Below are positions 59,854-64,000 of a stretch of DNA of 64,000 bases, piece by piece. A model generated the notes under the pieces. The model did no database searches. It had not been told where the DNA came from and worked only from the letters and a program-made list of their open reading frames with translations. This DNA comes from a bacterium (GTDB lineage: Bacteria; Bacillota_I; Bacilli_A; RF39; UBA660), in NCBI GenBank assembly GCA_019423565.1, contig JAHZBE010000001.1, positions 65,134-129,133 of the forward strand, in the 5' to 3' direction. The translations under genes were made by a program, and so were the position numbers. Each line of letters starts with the position of its first letter. Position 1 is the first letter of the stretch.

Positions 59854-61209
59854 TTATAACTCATAATCATCTTTTTCTTTTATATTATTTTTGCTATTTA
59901 AAATGTCATCTAGGGTGTTATCATTTATAATTCTATTATTATGCATATCTTCTAATACTTCTAAATAAGATTCTTTTTTGCCATCTTTTTTAATCATTCT
60001 CTTAAATAAATTTACTAACTTCTTAAAGAATTCTTCTAATTGTTGTAATCTGTATTTAAGATTAAAATTATCTTGTTTTAAATCACTAATTAATTCTTCT
60101 TGATTTTCTGTTTTAAAAGTGAGATTTTTAACTCGCAGTTCTAATGCTTTATTATTTTCGGTAAGTACCTTAATTGCTTTTTTATCTTCTTTTATGGTTT
60201 GATTTAAACTATTAAGTGAAGAAGAAAGACCATTTATTTTTTTATATTCGTTATTAGTTTTATCAATTTTATCAATATAATTTTCTAATATTTTTTTATC
60301 TTCGCTTGATAGAAGGTAAGTATCTTTTTTTAAGGAAGCTTTTTTAAGATTTAATATTTTATCTTTTATATTGATTGTGTCTTTATCAAGTTCAATAGAA
60401 TTATTATTAATGATTTCAAGATTCTTTTGATTTTTTTCAATCAAATCTTTAGTGTCTTGATAATTAATCATATCAGATACATGAATATCTTTATTTCTAC
60501 CTTTTAATTTTTTCTTTAGAGTAGCATCTAAATTATATTCTTTATTATATTCTTCAATACATAAAATTCTCATTTTATCCTGTAATTCTTTTAGGGAATT
60601 TCTCGTAAAAACATCAGTTTTACCAACTTGAATAGACATACCAGTTTTACAATTGTATTTTATGGGTACACCAACTATATGAAGGTGTGGAGAAGTTTCA
60701 TCATAATGAATAATAGCACTACAGATTTTAAAATTTGGAAGTAATAGTTCTAAATCATCAACTTGTTTTATAAAAATATTGGTCATTTTATACTTATATG
60801 TTATTGATTTAGTATCACAGAATTTTTTATTTCCAAGTTCAATTATTATTTGTACTGCTAAATCACTTTTTGAATTATTACTAATTTTTTTGAAATAATC
60901 ATCTATTTTTCTGTCATCTCTTGTTTGCTTATTGTTATATTCTAATCTTGCTTCTTCAAATTCATTTTTATAAAAATGCAGTACATCGTTATATAGTGAA
61001 GTAGTTCCTTTTATAACCACAATTTCATCTTGTCTATTATCATATTTTCTATAGTTATGTTTATCAGCTGTTGATAATTGTTTAGCATTTTGAATAGCAT
61101 TATTACTCATAGAATTAGTTCCACTAACATTATTTTTTGATGTTAAACTTACACTATTTTTCTTGTTTTTATCACTTCCAATATGGAAAGAGTAAGAAAG
61201 TTCTTCCAT
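59854..61209 (-). CDS. MobV-family relaxase (Pre/Mob plasmid recombination enzyme), copy 1
   Basis: 'DKHNYRK' (HxxR) and 'HYDETSPHLHIVGVP' (HxDExxPHxH), plus a long coiled-coil C-terminus. Start moved to MEELSYSF. Confidence 0.85.
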   Translation of the reverse strand: MEELSYSFHIGSDKNKKNSVSLTSKNNVSGTNSMSNNAIQNAKQLSTADKHNYRKYDNRQDEIVVIKGTTSLYNDVLHFYKNEFEEARLEYNNKQTRDDRKIDDYFKKISNNSKSDLAVQIIIELGNKKFCDTKSITYKYKMTNIFIKQVDDLELLLPNFKICSAIIHYDETSPHLHIVGVPIKYNCKTGMSIQVGKTDVFTRNSLKELQDKMRILCIEEYNKEYNLDATLKKKLKGRNKDIHVSDMINYQDTKDLIEKNQKNLEIINNNSIELDKDTINIKDKILNLKKASLKKDTYLLSSEDKKILENYIDKIDKTNNEYKKINGLSSSLNSLNQTIKEDKKAIKVLTENNKALELRVKNLTFKTENQEELISDLKQDNFNLKYRLQQLEEFFKKLVNLFKRMIKKDGKKESYLEVLEDMHNNRIINDNTLDDILNSKNNIKEKDDYEL

Positions 61210-61265
61210 TTTATCACCATCCTTTTTTAGGTATATTTTGTTTTGACATAATATATAACCCTCTA

Positions 61266-61317
61266 GGTATCTTGTCATACTAACAAGATACCAGTGGGCT
61301 AAGGTTTAACACCTTAG
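61266..61317 (-). other. candidate oriT for MobV copy 1
   Basis: 10-bp inverted repeat GGTATCTTGT/ACAAGATACC (61266-92) and 6-bp CTAAGG/CCTTAG (61299-317), 57-108 nt upstream of the mob start. Confidence 0.35.
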
Positions 61318-61440
61318 AATCTGTTTGCTTTATTTCGTAATATTTCAAAACTTTGTAATGAAATAAAACTACATAAAGAATTGATATAAAATACTATCGC
61401 CACTTTCATTGAACAAGTTCAACAAAACGTGCCACGTATT

Positions 61441-62892
61441 TTATTTTTTTATTAATTCAATTTTAATCGGTTTACTAGGAACATCTTTTAAATCCCTTAA
61501 AGGTGTAAAAGATGCTTCGGTAGGAATGTAGTTAAATAATTTATCTAACTCATCTTTATCTTTAGTTACAACAATGTTATCTTCCTTGATATATATAATT
61601 CCAAATCTATATTCTTCCATTTTTACTTCTGGATCTTTTTTATAATAATCTTCTAATGGAAATACTCTTACAATAGCAGAATTATCTTTTATAAAATTAA
61701 AAAAGAAAACTTGATTTTTAACATAGTATGTTGCTTCAGTATAAGATACGTTGTAGAAATTTTTAAGTCTCATAACAATTTCTCCAACTTCTTCTTCAGG
61801 TAAGTAATTACTAAACCTTAATTCTCCAACAACATTTCCAAATACAGCAGGAGTTGGTCTATCAATATAACCTTTATCATATAGTTCGTTGCATGGTTTT
61901 GCAATTGATTCTCTAAAGTTGATATTTTTAACAAAACATTCTTTTCCAATTAATTCAAGTTCAATAGTATCTACATAATTCATAACTAAAGTTGCTTTTT
62001 CTTCACGAGTTCTTTTATTCCAAGTTTTAATTCTTTCTTGATATTCTTCGGGGTGAAGCTTACTATTTATAAATGCGATATCACGAGATATCAATATGTC
62101 TTTTGCTGAATAATTAAATACTTCAAATTTATCAGCTGTATTTATTTTTTCTTCTAGTGATTTAATTGTATCTTCAATTATTTTTGCCTTTGCTTTATAA
62201 TCATCAAGAGTAAATGCACCATCTACGTAAGCAAGCTTAGCTCTTTCTAATCTTTGCTTTTGCGTATTAATTTCCTTATATATTTTGTCTCTTGGTTCAT
62301 CAAAATTTTTAATTATCATTGGAACAAAGAACTGATTAACAATTGAGTCATACTCGGTTAGTTGATCAACAACTTCTTTAAAACCTCTTTCAATTTCTGA
62401 TTCTTTTATATTTAATTTACAATCCCTACAATAATAATAGAAATATTCATTACCTTTTTTCTTGCATGCTTTTCCACCTAAAATTCTTCCACATTTAGGG
62501 CATAGACATTTTTGTAAAAATATATAAGTCAAAGTTCTAGAATATGCTCTTGAGTTATTTCTTTTTTGATGTTGACATTCTTCCCATAATTCTTTACTAA
62601 TAATTGGTTCAACAACGTTTTCATAATATGTAGGATTTTTAGTTCTTTTCCCATGAATGAAATCTCCTTTATATATTTCATTTTCAATAATATGTAAAAT
62701 TGTATTATCTCTCCAATTTTCTTTACCTAGAACTTTTTCTTCTTTAAATAAATTAGCAATTTTTTGATATGATAATACATTATGATACAAATTAAAAGTT
62801 CTAATAACAATATCTTTAGTTGATTCATCAGGAACAAGTATTTTATCTACATGTTTATAACCAATTGGTGCTTGATGTGGAATGTGTCTACC
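61441..62892 (-). pseudogene. large serine recombinase lacking the N-terminal catalytic (resolvase) domain
   Basis: The frame is open to 62892 (GRHIPHQAPIGYKHVDKILVPDESTKDIVIRTFNLY...), which is the start of the 'recombinase' domain. Zn ribbon 'CPKCGRILGG...YYYCRDC' and a coiled coil follow. There is an in-frame stop at 62893-95, and no resolvase-like coding lies upstream. Confidence 0.7.
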
Positions 62893-63184
62893 TTAGACAT
62901 AATGACACCAACTAAAAAAGTGTTAGATTTAATACACTTTAAAGGGATTATTAACAATACAGTTTTTAATCTAAATTCAAAGCACTTTAATAAAAGTGAT
63001 ATAGGTTTTGATATTTATGTATCTGTTTTAAAATAAAAAATAATTACTTCGTTCAAATAGATATTTAAATAAAACCTTAAAATAGTAAATAAGTATTATT
63101 AAATTTATAGATTAGCAGTTTTTAAGATATGTTTTAACGACATATCTTTTTAAATTGCTTAAAAATGAAAGGAGAAACGATATT

Positions 63185-64000
63185 ATGAATTTAAATTATG
63201 CAATATTTAGAAGTCAACCAATAATGACTACTCACGATCTAGCACAAATAGGTTCTCATAATCAGAGAGAAAAACAGGCATATAACTCTAATCCTGATAT
63301 TAAAGTTGAAGATAGTTTTAAAAATATAGAATTAGTACCTTTAAATAGCAAATATGTTAAAGGATTTAAAGAAATAACTAAAGAATATGAAAAACAACAC
63401 AATGAAAAGCAAAAAACCGAAAGAAAAGAAAGACAAAGAAGTTATACTCAAATGCTTAATCAATCTAGAAATTGTGTAGCAGATGAATTATTATTTACAG
63501 CATCTCCAAAGTTCTTTGAAAATATGAGTAATGAAGATTTAATGAAATGGGCTAATTCTTGTATGGAATTTGTTTATGAAGATTTAGGTTATAAAAAAGA
63601 ACAAGTTTTACACTCTACAATCCATCTAGATGAAAAAACGCCACATATTCATTGTGTAGTTGTACCACTAGTTAAGAAGTTTGATAAAAGGACTAATACT
63701 GAAAGATATACTATTTCTAAAAAACAATTTATTAAAGATAAAATCCATTTATCACAACTACAAGACAAATATCATGCAAGACTTACTGAAAAAGGATTTG
63801 ATTTAGAAAGAGGTATTAAAGGTAGTGATGCAGAGCATTTAAAAACAAAAGAATTAAAGAAGGCAACTAAATATTATGAAAATAAAGTTGAAGTTATTAA
63901 CAAAAGTTTAGATAAAGCAATTAGTGATTTAGATGATAAAATGCAATCTAATAAAAATCCTATATTTGATAAGGAATATGTAAAAGTTAAAAGAGAAACC
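63185..64000 (+). CDS. MobV-family relaxase, copy 2 (3' end outside the window)
   Basis: Not in the ORF track (no stop in the window). 'MNLNYAIFRSQPI', 'GSHNQRE' and 'HLDEKTPHIHCVVVP'. RBS AAAGGAGAA lies upstream. Confidence 0.85.
   Translation, partial: MNLNYAIFRSQPIMTTHDLAQIGSHNQREKQAYNSNPDIKVEDSFKNIELVPLNSKYVKGFKEITKEYEKQHNEKQKTERKERQRSYTQMLNQSRNCVADELLFTASPKFFENMSNEDLMKWANSCMEFVYEDLGYKKEQVLHSTIHLDEKTPHIHCVVVPLVKKFDKRTNTERYTISKKQFIKDKIHLSQLQDKYHARLTEKGFDLERGIKGSDAEHLKTKELKKATKYYENKVEVINKSLDKAISDLDDKMQSNKNPIFDKEYVKVKRET

Noticed and set aside
62884-62898. Small palindrome TGTCTA-CCT-TAGACA at the recombinase truncation point, with faint resemblance to the TAGACAT ends of the IS3 element.
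   Set aside because: The similarity to the IS ends is only ~7 nt. That is not enough to argue for an IS-mediated break.
62851-63036. 61-aa plus-strand ORF at the recombinase breakpoint.
   Set aside because: Its 5' part overlaps the recombinase frame, and it has no RBS and no recognisable motif. It is probably a chance ORF in junction DNA.
1-64000. Search for CRISPR arrays, rRNA, tRNA, tmRNA, and T-box or other riboswitch leaders upstream of aspS, proS, hisS and cysE.
   Set aside because: I saw no regularly spaced 25-40-nt repeats, no tRNA-like T-arm (GGTTCGAATCC-type) motifs and no T-box core sequence by eye. The leaders of aspS and proS are only ~65-70 nt. Covariance-model scans would be needed for certainty.

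Overview
A very AT-rich Bacillota (Firmicutes) chromosomal segment; G+C looks like about 25% by eye and was not computed. Most of it is housekeeping backbone whose gene order resembles Bacillus subtilis: comN-like/secDF, relA-dtd, hisS-nth, aspS, a 6S RNA candidate, tcdA and rarA on the + strand. On the - strand lie proS, radC-mreC-mreD, a SpoIVFA-like/SpoIVFB-like pair, a spoIIM-like gene and mnmA. I found no rRNA, tRNA, CRISPR array or T-box. Three regions are accessory. (1) 5.95-7.95 kb is a small islet with an ORF6N/KilA-N-type gene, a relic of a second copy, and an unknown gene. (2) 35.5-45.0 kb is a cell-surface module downstream of mnmA. It encodes a 1504-aa S8 protease with LRRs and a C-terminal dockerin, and a membrane-anchored protein with a cohesin-like N-terminal domain and a cadherin-like domain. 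It also encodes two paralogous 2-TM proteins and an HTH protein. The module is bracketed by ~140-180-bp terminator-promoter direct repeats and by three copies of the mnmA 3' end. (3) 55.2 kb to the window end is a mosaic of mobile DNA. It holds an IS3-family element and a type II C5-methyltransferase/PD-(D/E)XK nuclease pair with an extra DUF4145-like gene. It also holds two different MobV relaxase genes flanking a 5'-truncated large serine recombinase. The most interesting candidates are the dockerin/cohesin-like display pair and its repeat-bounded cassette architecture, a DNA palindrome conserved at the same place in two ORF6N copies but read in different frames, and the three-gene R-M-plus cassette on a mobilizable element. 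All family assignments come from motif recognition by eye; no database search was run.
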